From: Lama glama
Taxonomy: Eukaryota
Direction of reading: 5' to 3'
NCBI GenBank assembly: GCA_028534125.1
Contig: CM052818.1
Location: 13,580,001-13,644,000 of the forward strand
DNA length: 64,000 nucleotides
Each line of letters opens with the position of its first letter. Within the stretch, counting starts at the first letter, position 1. Shown piece by piece: positions 13,617-61,773 of the stretch. The notes under the pieces are model-generated. The model saw nothing but the letters and a program-made list of their open reading frames with translations, was not told the DNA's origin and did not search any database. Position numbers and translations under genes: made by a program.

Positions 13617-14395
13617 CCCTCAAAAACCCCATTTCTAGAAGAATCCTACCACTCACTTTCTTCATTCCTGCACCAAACAGGTAAACGTTGCTAAAAAAAA
13701 AAAATCAGCCATGATTTCCCTTGAAATTCATGATTACAAATCTGGTTTAAGAGCACATAGCCATGCACCAATGTCTGACAGTCTCATCATGTTTCCTGAG
13801 TAGATTCACTTTTCTATCCCCAAAAATTACTTCTTTCCTAAACTTCATATACCTTCTCTTCCCCCTGATCCCCAACGCTCGGCGATTGGCCTTGCCTCAA
13901 ACTTCATTAAAGGTACTAAAGTCAAACAAATTTCCTTGATCCTCCCTTAGGCAAGTCTTCAGATTCACCTACCTTTGCTCCTGTCTTCACCTTCTCTCCC
14001 ATTCCAGTGAATGAAACTTCCCTCCCATTATGTGTAAAATGAAGAATTTCCCTCATTTGAGTTAAGGCTCCAAAAGTGAAAATAATCAGTGAAAATTACC
14101 CCAGCATTCTTTAAGATATAAGATAGCAGAACCAGTCCATAAGTATCAACTCCCATCACCCATTCCAGCCAAAACAGAGGATACTAGCAATTTGCAACTG
14201 GAATTAAAGAGTCATGCTAGTAGAGAGTTGCCACCCTAGTTAGGAATGATGTGACATTTTCCTCCCCTGTCTGTGGAGGAAGACAGAGCCTTCCCCACCC
14301 ATCCCAACCTCAACCAAACTAAGCCATGGGAGCTCACGGGAACCACTGAAAGAGAATGAGAAAAATATTGTCATTTCCTTCCCCAACTAAACATG

Positions 14396-14898
14396 TGTTA
14401 AGCTATAGAATAGTCCTGTGATGCCATGAAATAGGAACAAACACACAAAGAGAATTATTAGGAAGGCTTGACATATGTAGCCTAGAGTTGGAGGATTGGA
14501 ATAAAGATTTACAATCCATTTTTTGATGTTTGATTGCTGATCATTTTTAACCCTGATCTTTCCCTTGTGCCTTACATCTGGGAACACTGATAAGAAAGCT
14601 CAAGCGTGCCCTTCTTTGGCACCAGTGGGAAATTCAAACCACACAAGCTTCTGCCCACTCACATATAGGGACCCTCACCCCAGCCCCACCTCATAACCAC
14701 AATGAAAACTCCAAGCCAGTCTCCTTTCCCTGTTCTCAAACCATTTTCAGATCAGCTTGTGAAGTCTGTCTAATGTAATACACTTTTTCATACTCACATG
14801 GTAAGTGGGTGCAGGTGGGGTAGGAGTGTCACATCATCTTGACATCCAAACCAAATTTTGGGTAAGAGTCAATCCTGCTACTACAAAGTGGTCATACA
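14396..14898 (+). mobile_element. ERVL-class solo LTR (MER54-like)
   Basis: 'aaccacaatgaaaactccaagccagtctcctttccctg...aaccaaattttgggt...gtggtcataca'. Confidence 0.45.
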
Positions 14899-15539
14899 GG
14901 GACATTTAAGAATATAGACTCTAATACCTGCTTCCCACAAATAAGAGATTTTGGAAGCCAGAGGCTGACTAGAGCCACTTGCAATGGGAGGGCAAGAAAG
15001 AGGTCAGTGGTTGAAATAATCTATAATGCTAATGGGGGGACATGGGCAAGGATATGTGAGTTTGTGGGCCAAGAGAACCCAAGGAAGTCATTTCGATAGT
15101 ACTTTACCCAAGAGAGCTAAGAGCCAAGACAAGAGGATCTCAGCAGTAAGAAGCTGTGCAACAGAACACTAGGTGCAGAAGCTACTAGGAAGGTCACAAA
15201 AGGTCACCCAGAGAATATTCACAATTGGAAACTATGCAGTTTGGCAGTCCCCGTAGAGGTCACTAGACAAACACAAACACCTCCCATCATAGCCAGCATT
15301 TGAATGTCTGCAGTAATGGTGGACATGAAAACTAGCCGGTGTCAGTCAAATAAGAACTCCACTGGCTCCAGAAATTGAACACTTTTGCCTCTCTTCTGCT
15401 CTCTCCTCCTCTGTCCCAGTCCTGGAAGAGTCATATAAAATTATGGAGGCAGGAAGAGGCTAAAAAAGTAATAAAGAACAAATTCTACCTTTTCTTCACC
15501 CCTCTGGACTAATGAAGAGGAGAGGCCTTTTTTTAAACC

Positions 15540-15700
15540 ATTTTTTAAAATTGAAGTATAGTCAGTTCACAATGTTGTGTCAATTTCTGGCGTACAGCAT
15601 AATGCTTCAGTCACACATATTCCCTTTCATATTCTTTTTCACCATAGGCTACCACAAGATATTGAGTATATTTTCTTGCGCTATGCAGTATAAACTTGTT
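15540..15700 (-). mobile_element. Short L1 3'-end fragment
   Basis: 'ttgaagtatagtcagttcacaatgttgtgtcaatttctgg', the same terminus as the copies at 17807 and 40073. Confidence 0.7.
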
Positions 15701-17806
15701 GAAATGTCTTGAATTACATACAAGACCCCTAGCTTCTCTTTAGGATGCAGAAATCTGGAAAGAGCATCCCACCCTTAAAACAATAAAAACAGTAACCATA
15801 GTAACAACAAAGCCTGGCAATCTGGAAATTCACAACTCTTCTAGGACCCATTAGAGAGCCAAAATAACAGAGTGACTAACTAACCAGAAATAAGGAAAGA
15901 TAAAAGCCTCCAGAAAGAGATGGAACATGAACTCTTGTTTACCGGTACAGACACCAATAGACATTGGCAAGAATTCAACTGAGATTTTTAACCAATTGCT
16001 AAAGGTCAAGTGTGAGCTATCAAGAGAGTATAGAACTCCTGCAGGCTGCAAATACAAGAGGAATTCACAACCACTTACAAGCTCTGCTCTGTGGACCTCA
16101 CTGGGCACTCACAAAAAAAGCCTAGGATAAGAGCCAGAGTCCTGAGAAAGTGTCCCTTGTGATGCAGGCCTGGGGAAGGACAGCAGCCACTGTGAGAAAG
16201 GCAGAAGCCCCACTGGATCCTTCTCCCCTATCTCCCCATAGGAATAAAAGCCTTACCCACTGTGGAAAGGTAAATACTATCACCCTAAGGCACTGTGAAA
16301 CCATTGCAGGTGGGAGAAGAAACAGAACATAACCCTTTACCCCTGGGGAAGAGGCAGAATACATGCTGGGCCCAGAATTACAGCTGGAAGAGGGGGACAT
16401 GAGCACTGGGAATGCTACTTCCACCCAAGATCCAGGAACCTTCCTAAGACTGAGAGTTAATCAGAATACCCTCAGCTCCCACCTCCAGGGTAAACGTTTC
16501 TAGTAACAAGTAACAGTGTTCTACTGCTGAGAGGCAAGAGTGGAGAGAGCCTCTCTCTGAGGAGCACTGCAAAGGGAAGCAAGAAACAGAGGGCATACTC
16601 AGATGAATTCTGAAGAGAATTTAATAAAAGGACTACTTACAGAGGGGAAGGCAGCTTCTGGAGCTAACAGTGAGGAATGCCGAGGCACTGAGAGGCAGGC
16701 AACAATAGAAAACTGTTAAGGTTTGAAGCAGCAAGGAGAAGAAACAGTGTAATTGGAGTGATAGCTAAAGTCAAGCAAGAACCACCTGAAATGTGCTGCA
16801 GTCACAGGTGGATCCGTGTCCTCACAGAAGCCAATAAGGAATTAAGGTTCTGTATTTAATTTCTTTCTCCTCCAGCCCTCTGGTGTCTCCCATTGGCTGA
16901 CCCAACCAAAAGTTAGAGAGCCAGGGAGTTTGGGTGTTACAATCCATAAATCAGTCCCTTGGGGCACACGGTAGAGCTGAGAAGGGTAGAAAATGGATGG
17001 AGCAGGTGCAAATGGAAAATATCTAGCATAATAGATCCTAGCTTTCCTCCTGCAACAAGGTTGCCTCCATCTCCATGGCCTTGGCAGCCTCTCCCTCCTT
17101 AGGGCTCAGACACAGGAACTCTCTTTTCTCTCAAACCTCTCTCTAGGTGATATTATGAATTTCCATGGCTTGTGACATCATTGGTATACTGAGTACTCTT
17201 ATATTTATATTACTCTGTTCCTCTCCTTGAATCAGATTCGAATGTCTTGACAGCTACTCGAGAGTGTCTCAGACACTGTATTTCTGATCCAACTAAGCCA
17301 GTTAATAGTCTTAATCCACCCCCATCCCCCAGTATCCAATTCATCAACAAGTCCTATCAATTCCAACACTAAAATATATTCCAAATCTGTCCATCCTTTC
17401 TCCTTGTCACCCCTGCCACCATATTACTCCTGATCTCTACACTACTCTCTCATCTCCCTCCAAACCATTTTGGACTCAGTAGCCAGAGGGGCTATCTTAA
17501 ATTGTGGACTACATCATGCTACTTCCTTGTTTAAACTTCTAGTGCCTTCCTCTCCTTCCTCATCTCTGCCACCTCCTGCTTACTATTCTGTAGCCACACT
17601 TGCTTTTTCATGTCCTAACAGAAGCCAAACTCTTTCCTAACTCAAGGGTAAACCTCCCCCTGCAAGTGGCTGCTCCCACTCAGCTCCCATGTTTCAGAAG
17701 CTGTCTCCTTCTCATCCTTCAGGATGGCCTAAATGTCTCCTCCTCAGGAAGTCTTTCCCTGACCACGTTATTTGATGTAAGTTCTCCCTCCAACTCACTA
17801 TTTTCT

Positions 17807-18521
17807 TTTCTTTTTTTTTCTTTATTGAAGTATAGTCAGTTTACAATGCTGTGTCAATTTCCAGTAGTACAGCATAATAGTTCAGTTATACATAAATATA
17901 TATATACATATATTCATTTTCATATTCATTTTCATTATAGGTTACTAAAAGATATTAAATATCGCATATGGTTGTATATTCCATACAGTATAAACTTGTT
18001 TATCTATTTTATGTATAGTAGTTAATATCTACCAATCTCAGACTCCCAATTTAACCCTTCCCACCAACCTCCTTCCCCCACTGGTAACCATTAAGTTTGT
18101 TTTCTATGTCTGTGAGTCTGTTTCTGTTTTGTAAATAAGTTCATTTGTGTTTTTTTTTGTTTTGTTTTTTGTTTTTTTTTAGATTCCACATATAAGTGAG
18201 ATTATATGGTATTTTTCTTTATCTTTTTGGCTTACTTCATTTAGAATGGCGTTCTCCAGGTCCATCCATATTGCAGCAACTGGTATTATTTTATACTTTT
18301 TTATGGCTGGGCAGTATATTTATTTATTTTATATTTATTTATTTTTATTTATTTATTTATATATATACACACACACACACACATAATTTCTTTATTCAGT
18401 CATCAGTTGATGGAAATTTATGTTGTTTCCATGTCTTGTAAATAGTGCTGCTATGAACACTGGGGTGCATGTATCTTTTCTAATTAGAGTTCCCTCTGGA
18501 TATATGCCCGGGAGTGCATCC
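17807..18521 (-). mobile_element. 5'-truncated young L1 with TSD, inserted in L2
   Basis: PolyT head, L1 3'UTR sequence, TSD CACTATTTTCT at 17796-17806 and 18522-18532; internal (ATTT)n/(CA)n. Confidence 0.85.
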
Positions 18522-19102
18522 CACTATTTTCTACCTTGGCACCTAGTTTATTCCCTTCTTAGCATTAATCACACTTTAATTTTTATGTTTATTTGTTTGG
18601 TTATGTTTTTGTCGGTCTCTCATACTAGACTGCAAGCTTCATAAAGCAAGGATTATTATGCCTTATGATGATCTCAACACCCTTATATCCCCTGAGCCTA
18701 GCATAGTACCTGGCATAAAGCAAGTATTCAGTAAACATTACACACCTTACTACACTTTCCACATGCCATGGACTATGCTTAGTTCCATAAAAATAAGACT
18801 ACATTTAAATCTGCATAACAATCCTAAGAGATACATATTATTTTCATTCTATTTTTGAAATGAGGAAACCGAGGTATAGAAAGAATAAGCAACTTACCAA
18901 GAGTCACATATTTAAGAGGTGACAAAGATGAGGCTCAAACCTACACAATCTGATGCCAGAGACAGCACTTTAATCACTCTGCAATATCTACTCCCACATT
19001 CATTTCCATGGATGAAATAATGACTACATGAATTAGTTAATAAAGTGGAAAGACAGACATAGATTATATCCATAAGTCAATCTGGGGAAGTCAAAGAGGA
19101 TA

Positions 19103-19612
19103 TGTAACAGAAAAGAACAAACCCAACTCCATATTGGATCTATTCCTTTAGATCTATTCTAACCTTTGTGCTGTTGCCTGTGCTTAGTCATGCTGCTTCT
19201 GCACCTTTGTAAAAGAATGTTGCCTATAGCCCAAAATACACACGATCGCCCATTTTCAAGGCTCTGATCTTTAAAGGTATAACACTTTTCCATTCATATA
19301 GAGATAAAAAGTTGCAGAACAGAAGATAACATTTATCTTGGAGGTTTAAAGGAACACTGTGACCAGACCCAAGTGGACCAGCTGCAAGAACAGAAGATTC
19401 CTGCACCAAGAAGTTTCCAACAACCAGCCACACTCCCTCCCCTTTTAGTATAAAAGAAGTCTGAATTCTTATTTGGGTAAGATGGATCTTTGGGACACTA
19501 GTCCACCATCTTCTCAGTCTGCTGGTTTCTGAATAAAGTTGCTATTCCTTTCCCCAACACCACATCTCTCAATTCATTGGCCTGCTGGGTGGCCAGGTTG
19601 TAGTCAGTAACA
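19103..19612 (+). mobile_element. ERV1-class solo LTR
   Basis: TGTAAC...GTAACA ends, TATAAAA (~19449), AATAAA (~19532), near-TSD gata/gaca. Confidence 0.75.
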
Positions 19613-22170
19613 GACAGTATTGAAGCTGAGACCAGAAGACTAAGTTTGCAAGATTGACTCATGAGGGGGAATGTGTGCTAAGCACAGAGACTCACACATG
19701 CAAAGACACAGAAGCATAAGAGAGGGTGGTATGTCAGAGAGGAAGAAGTAGTTCAGTTTACTTAGAATATAAAATGAAGAGAGGGAGAGAAGGAAGTAGA
19801 GTAGTAAGTCAAAATGGATGAGGCTAAATAAGAAAGGTTTATGAGATTTTATTCTGTAGATTAAAGATTTAGGAAGACATTAAAGAAGTTTAAGCATGTT
19901 AAAGGCACATTTAGGTTTGTGATTTACAAAGATCCCTCTGGCAATGGTATTGAGCAGACTTTCTTAAAGCTGAGTAGCCTACATTCTTTCAAGAAAAAAA
20001 TTTTCATGGATCCCCTCAGTGTCCAAAGATATTTTTCATTATGCTGCTTAAATATGCACAAAATATATAACAAGACATAAGTCCCTTATTCTTGTAGCTC
20101 TTGATCTTAAAATTAAAATAAATATACATACAGTCTAAACCAAACTGCAAACCAAATTAAATTTTAATTAAAATAATTTTATGCAATGGTGTTTCACTTA
20201 AATGAAATTGCTACCCAGAGCATGCAGTGGTATTAACCACTTTGATGCAGGTTCATTGGAGCTTGAAAAAAAGAGAAAAGGAGAGCTGAGAAATATTGCT
20301 GGTGGATTTAAATTGGATCACCTTTAATGTCCACCAAGGTAATTCACTTTAAATTATATTTTGGCTGTTGAACTATACTTGGCAGAACAATACTTCTAGA
20401 ATGTGATATTTCAGATTGAACCTCATGGATCATAGCTTTGGTAGTTATAACCACAAGAATATATGTTTTACATACATATATGTTTGTTTCTATATTAATC
20501 TTTAAATGCTTAGTATAAACATAGTCTGGATCATCTATATGGTTACTTCAAAACAAAGCTCTGCCACAAGATTTCAGTGTCCACATTTACTTTTGAGTTT
20601 ATGATCCAGTTACCACCATTTCAATTATTTTGGATTGATGTGAGGAAACAGTTGGGCTTAATGTGTAAATTCTGCTCTCCAGCATTTCCAACTGGATGAA
20701 AGCTAACTGATCCATGGGGTTCTGAAGGAAAGAAGGTTGTTCAGTATTTCAAACAGAGAAAACTAGAGGGAAAATGTACAAAAGGCTAGATCAAAGCTGA
20801 ATCTACCATTTATTGAGTTGCTGACAAGTTGTGTCAGGTCAGATAAACCTCTCACATCTTCTGTTGCATTTAATCTTCACAAAAATCCTGCGAGATTTAA
20901 ATTGTTATCAATTTCTATAGATAAAGAAACTGAGGCTCAGTGAGATAGGGTCAGAGAACCAGCAAATGGCAGAGCCAAGACTGGACCACTCAGGACTAAG
21001 TTTGTTTCTGATTCCCAATAGGTAGATAACCCCTCAATGGGTCTTTTGCCCCGAGTCAAAAATGCCAATCAAATGAAACTGGGCTCAGTACAGCACAGCA
21101 GGAACATTATTCATTGATCAAGGAAAGGAGAGGGGAGATATTTCGTCACCCATATCAGCCGCTGAGAGCTAGTAGATCCTTCCTTTTATTTACCTCTTTG
21201 TTTCAAAATCACCTGATACTTGCCAGAGAAGTTCTACAGCTGGGCTTTAAGAGATATGCAGTGATTAAATACCCTGAACCAGCTCTGACTTGACCGCATA
21301 AACACGCCTATGCAGAGGAAATCTGGAGGTGTCCGAAAGTTAGCTTCGCTTCATTACCATGCTAAGATCTCTGCCCAAGGAGGGGGAGGCAGTGGAATTT
21401 GTACTCTGTCAAAGTACTCTGTACCTTACCAAAAGATGATTTAGTATTCATATTTTATAAATCTAGAGTCATTGAATTGTGGCGAGTAGATTCTGATAGA
21501 TTTGTCCTTCTGACAAGTTTCAATGGTTTGGTCTTGAAAATACTGGCAACACAAGGCCAAGTCAAAGGTAGAGGAAGAGGAAAAAACTACTTTTAACACT
21601 AAACAAATGTAAATAGAGTTAGTGGTAATCTCTTCTATTGGCATGGAAATTCCAAGTCAGTGATAATACCTCCTGTGGCAGGGTATCAGGGAGCTGCTTT
21701 GCCACCAAATCATTTGTCTGTTTGGAGTTCAACAGTTTTTGTTTTTAAAACTGCGTTTGAGTGTGCATTGGGTTTGTTGTTTGGATTTCTTTGTGGGGAA
21801 AGGGGTAATAACCTTAAAAGAGAAATATGACCCTCATAATAGAAAAATGATCATTGGGCTCATTCCAGGAACCATAGAAAGATTTTCCAACAGACTGGAT
21901 TAAGAGGAGGTGGGAGAAATTAATCCACCCCCTAAAATTTTTATCAAATTCAAATTCCAAACACTGTTTTTCATTCTTGTAAAACTTAAGAAGAAGGAGA
22001 AGGAGAAGTAGGCAGCATTTTGCATTTAAAAATTGGCTTAGAAAGTATTAACTTGACCAAAATGAGCAGAGAAATGAATTGCTAAATACTAATAATGGAA
22101 ATGAAGATGATCCGAAATGCAGGTTAAGATATCTAAAATATTATAGGTCAAGAAATGACACTAATTTACT

Positions 22171-22210
22171 AGAAATAAACTACTACAAACCTTTGTAGTA
22201 GTTTATTTCT
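22171..22210. repeat. Perfect inverted repeat, 19-bp arms, 2-nt spacer
   Basis: AGAAATAAACTACTACAAA-CC-TTTGTAGTAGTTTATTTCT. Confidence 0.95.
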
Positions 22211-22590
22211 TGTTTGAAACTTATAAAATAAAAACTAGGGCAGAGGAGGGGAGAAAGAGTTCCCTTTCCATGGCCCACTACACAAATTCTCGTAATTCTA
22301 AACTCACAGAAGCCAATTAATAATAACGTGTTGTCTGATTACTTCTATTATTACTGTATTTACTCTACTTATTAAACACTTACATTATTCTAGGACCCTC
22401 TTTTAGACTACGATAGCAAAACAAAAACAAAACCAAAAACCCGAACAGTTTATTTTTCTAATTGCTGTTCCTTGGCTGACACAGAGAGGACAGGTTAAGC
22501 CACAATCGCGTTCACATAGGTTTGACCCTCTCTAGTCTTCGTAGAAAGGAGTCAGGTATCCGCTTCCTCGGCTTTCCCGGGAGGCACCAC

Positions 22591-22602
22591 GGAAACGAAA
22601 CT
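22591..22602 (+). promoter_or_regulatory. Interferon-stimulated response element (ISRE)
   Basis: GGAAACGAAACT about 75 nt upstream of the ATG; PNPT1 is an established type I IFN-inducible gene. Confidence 0.8.
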
Positions 22603-22676
22603 GAATCAGGCTCCTCCCACTATCTGCAGAGTGACCCAATCAAGGCCCAGCCCGGGCTGATCGCGTGCCCGGTGTC

Positions 22677-58892
<36,216 letters not shown>

Positions 58893-59640
58893 TTTTTTTT
58901 TTTAAAGAATACTAGAGTGATAGTCTGTAGAGCAAAATTTCAGTAGTATCTCCTAATGTGAGATTTATACATAATATAAATATATTCTAATGATTTGTAT
59001 TAAAATTTCTCACTTTATGTGTTCCATTTTTTAATTTCGAGTTACCTATATTCTCTTATTTACATTATAAATTAATATTTATTAAAAGTAAATTATTTAT
59101 ACATCTTAAAAAAGATTACCAATTCCTATAATTTTGAAGCATCTGAAAAATTTAGAAATAGATCACATTTGCTACTGTAATGGATCTCTTCCTACTTATT
59201 TTTCTTCTTTCTATGTGTAGTGGCGGTTTAGTCAGTCATCTAATGGCTCTCCTCTTTGTACAACAGCTTTACTTGCCCACACTGTTTGACAAACTAGAAC
59301 TTGCCATATTCAAAACCAGTGACAACTTCTTTAGTAGTTACCAGATATATAATAAGGAGCTGAGAGAGCTCTTTGGTCTGATTTTAATGATATACCGTCT
59401 TTCAAATTGGTCACAAAACCATTAACATTGTGGAGTAAATATTATAAATCAGATTCCTAACTAGAATGAGGTAATATGTTTTTCAATTTAGAAAAAATAG
59501 AAAAATAATTTACTCATCAAATAGAACTACGTCACTTTTTTGTGTATATGTTGCTAATGTATGGATGTTCTTGGTAGAAGAGATGGAGGAATTAATGATT
59601 TTCAGTTAATAAATAAATGTTTGAAACAGCCATGTATAGA
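58893..59640 (+). other. PNPT1 AU-rich 3' UTR with candidate polyA signals (end uncertain)
   Basis: ATTAAA at 59081 and overlapping AATAAA at 59608/59612; another AATAAA near 59877. Confidence 0.5.
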
Positions 59641-61592
59641 GGCTGTTGATATAATTATAAATAATAGCTGTAAGATGATGTTCATTCCCATTATTTAGTG
59701 TATCATGTTATAATTCCACAAAAAAATGAAATGGTTCATGAAGTCATAATTTAGAATATTCAGTCCTTTTATAAATCTGTTGAAATATTTCTAAATTCAC
59801 GACTCAGGGCTAACTATTCATAAAATACTAAAAATTCAGCTAGCCAAAGATTTTTTTAAATGTGCGTATTTAAGTCAATAAATGTTGATTATATATATCT
59901 ATAGTGTGTAAAACAGCACGATAGGCAATGCTGATATACTTTCTGAAATACTGAAGAGCAACTGAAAAGGAAAGAAAATGAAAATTTAAACTATATGCTT
60001 TATATTTTTTATTGTTCTATTTTACAATGACAAAAAAATTTTTCAGTTTGACTTGTCTAAGATATAATCCACGAGAGAATTTCAAAATTATAATTTGTTT
60101 TTCTTGAGTCTTCTATTTTCGTTTTCAAAGAGACTCCCCACTGCCAATAATACAGAAAAATAAAGCTAGTTCTTAAACTCTAGAGACCAGTAGTGCCACT
60201 ACGTGACAATATAAGTTAGTAATCACAAACCACCAAAAGGATCCCATTTTCACTAAACCAAGAACCTACACTTTATGTCTGAACTTTTCTTGTTTTAGTC
60301 TTCATTCAAATCTTGGTAGTTTTCCCTGCTTTCCAATAAGGTTTTTCTATGGGGGCAATTATATACTAAAATCTCTCATTTATAATGACTCAATTCAAAT
60401 TGACTGTCCATCTTTGGTAGTTAGTACAATATAGATACTTATAAGGCTTTTTCCTTCATATTTCTTTGTTATTGACACCTCCTGCCAATAAATTACAGTT
60501 TTTATATGATCATTTTTTTCTTCTCTTCTAGAATATCTTGAATTTCTGGATCTAAGATAGTAGTATGATTATCAGTATCTTATTAGTTCAGTTCAGCCAA
60601 GCATAGCATTTATTTATTCAACACTTACTATGTGCTAGGCAATACAATGTGTGCAGGGTAATGCATCAATAAACAAAACAAAAAAAAGTTCCATTGCTCA
60701 TATTCTAGTGGATGGGAACAAACACTTAATAAATTTGCTACATGTCAGGTAGCAGTAGGTTGTTTAAGGAAAAACAACTGTGTTAGGGGACAGAGTGATA
60801 AAAATAAGGCACTGTTTTAGATGAAATGATCCACAATGACATCTCTGATTAGGTAACATTTGAGCAGAGACCTGATGAAGTGGAGGAAGATGTGCAGCTA
60901 TTAGGGAAAGAGAATTCCAGATAAAGAGACTAACAACTTTATTGGTATTGTATGTTTAGAATATACAGCAGCCTTTCCATTTTATAAACCAATTCACATA
61001 GTCTTTTACTCCTTAATCTTCTGCCCATTCTTCACCAGAATTAGAAAGCAAATTTTAAAGAATATAAGACAAGGGGAGATAGCCAATGCAAAGTGGTATT
61101 TTCAGAGCATTTAATCAGGCAAGAATATGCTTGGTTACTTGCAGGAAGGAAGACACTGAGATGCTATAAAAGTTTAAAAGACTTCTACAAAATTCCAGGC
61201 TCAAGAAACTAAGGTAGTAGGAGCAAAAATGGAAAAGAGAGTATGTCTTGGTATTGAGGGACAGAAACCAACGTAAGTTAAGCTAAAGCAAAGGAGGAAA
61301 TTTACCATAGGGCCATGAATTTATTTCATGGAAGCCAAGTCACACTCCCTGTGGTGGACTGGAACCAGGACTGTCAAGTTATCAGGAACTATGGTAGTTC
61401 TTACTGCCTGTGGAGTCTTATGGCCTCTCATTTGTGCTTCGTTCCACATAACAGCTTTATTCTTCTATGCAAATGGATTTTCAGAGCATGGGGCAAAGAT
61501 GGCGATTCCATAGGAAGTTACTTGTCTCTGAGTTCAAATTCTCCTGGAGGAGAAAATGATAGGCTCAGCTTGAGAAAGGTGTCAAACCTGAG

Positions 61593-61773
61593 TAGGATTG
61601 CCAGATAAAATTAACAGAATGCCAACTGAAATTGGAATTTCAGGTAAATGAATGTTCAGTGTAAGTATGGCCCATGCAATATTTGGGATATACTTATATT
61701 AAAATTTTTGTTTATTTGAATTCAAATTTAACTAGGTGTGCTATATTTTTGTTCGCTCAATCTCGTAACCCTA
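61593..61773. mobile_element. MER53-like palindromic hAT MITE inside a MaLR-like LTR
   Basis: 'taggattgccagataaaa...catgcaatatttgggatatacttata...ttgaattcaaatttaactagg...gtaacccta'. Confidence 0.7.

Noticed and set aside
19955..22400. Possible ancient hAT/Charlie transposon remnants upstream of the promoter
   Set aside because: I could not identify terminal repeats or transposase motifs with confidence; a Dfam search is needed.
38..22500. Numerous 60-140 aa ORFs upstream of PNPT1
   Set aside because: They overlap LTR, L1, L2 or MIR sequence, often start at non-ATG codons, and resemble no protein I recognise.
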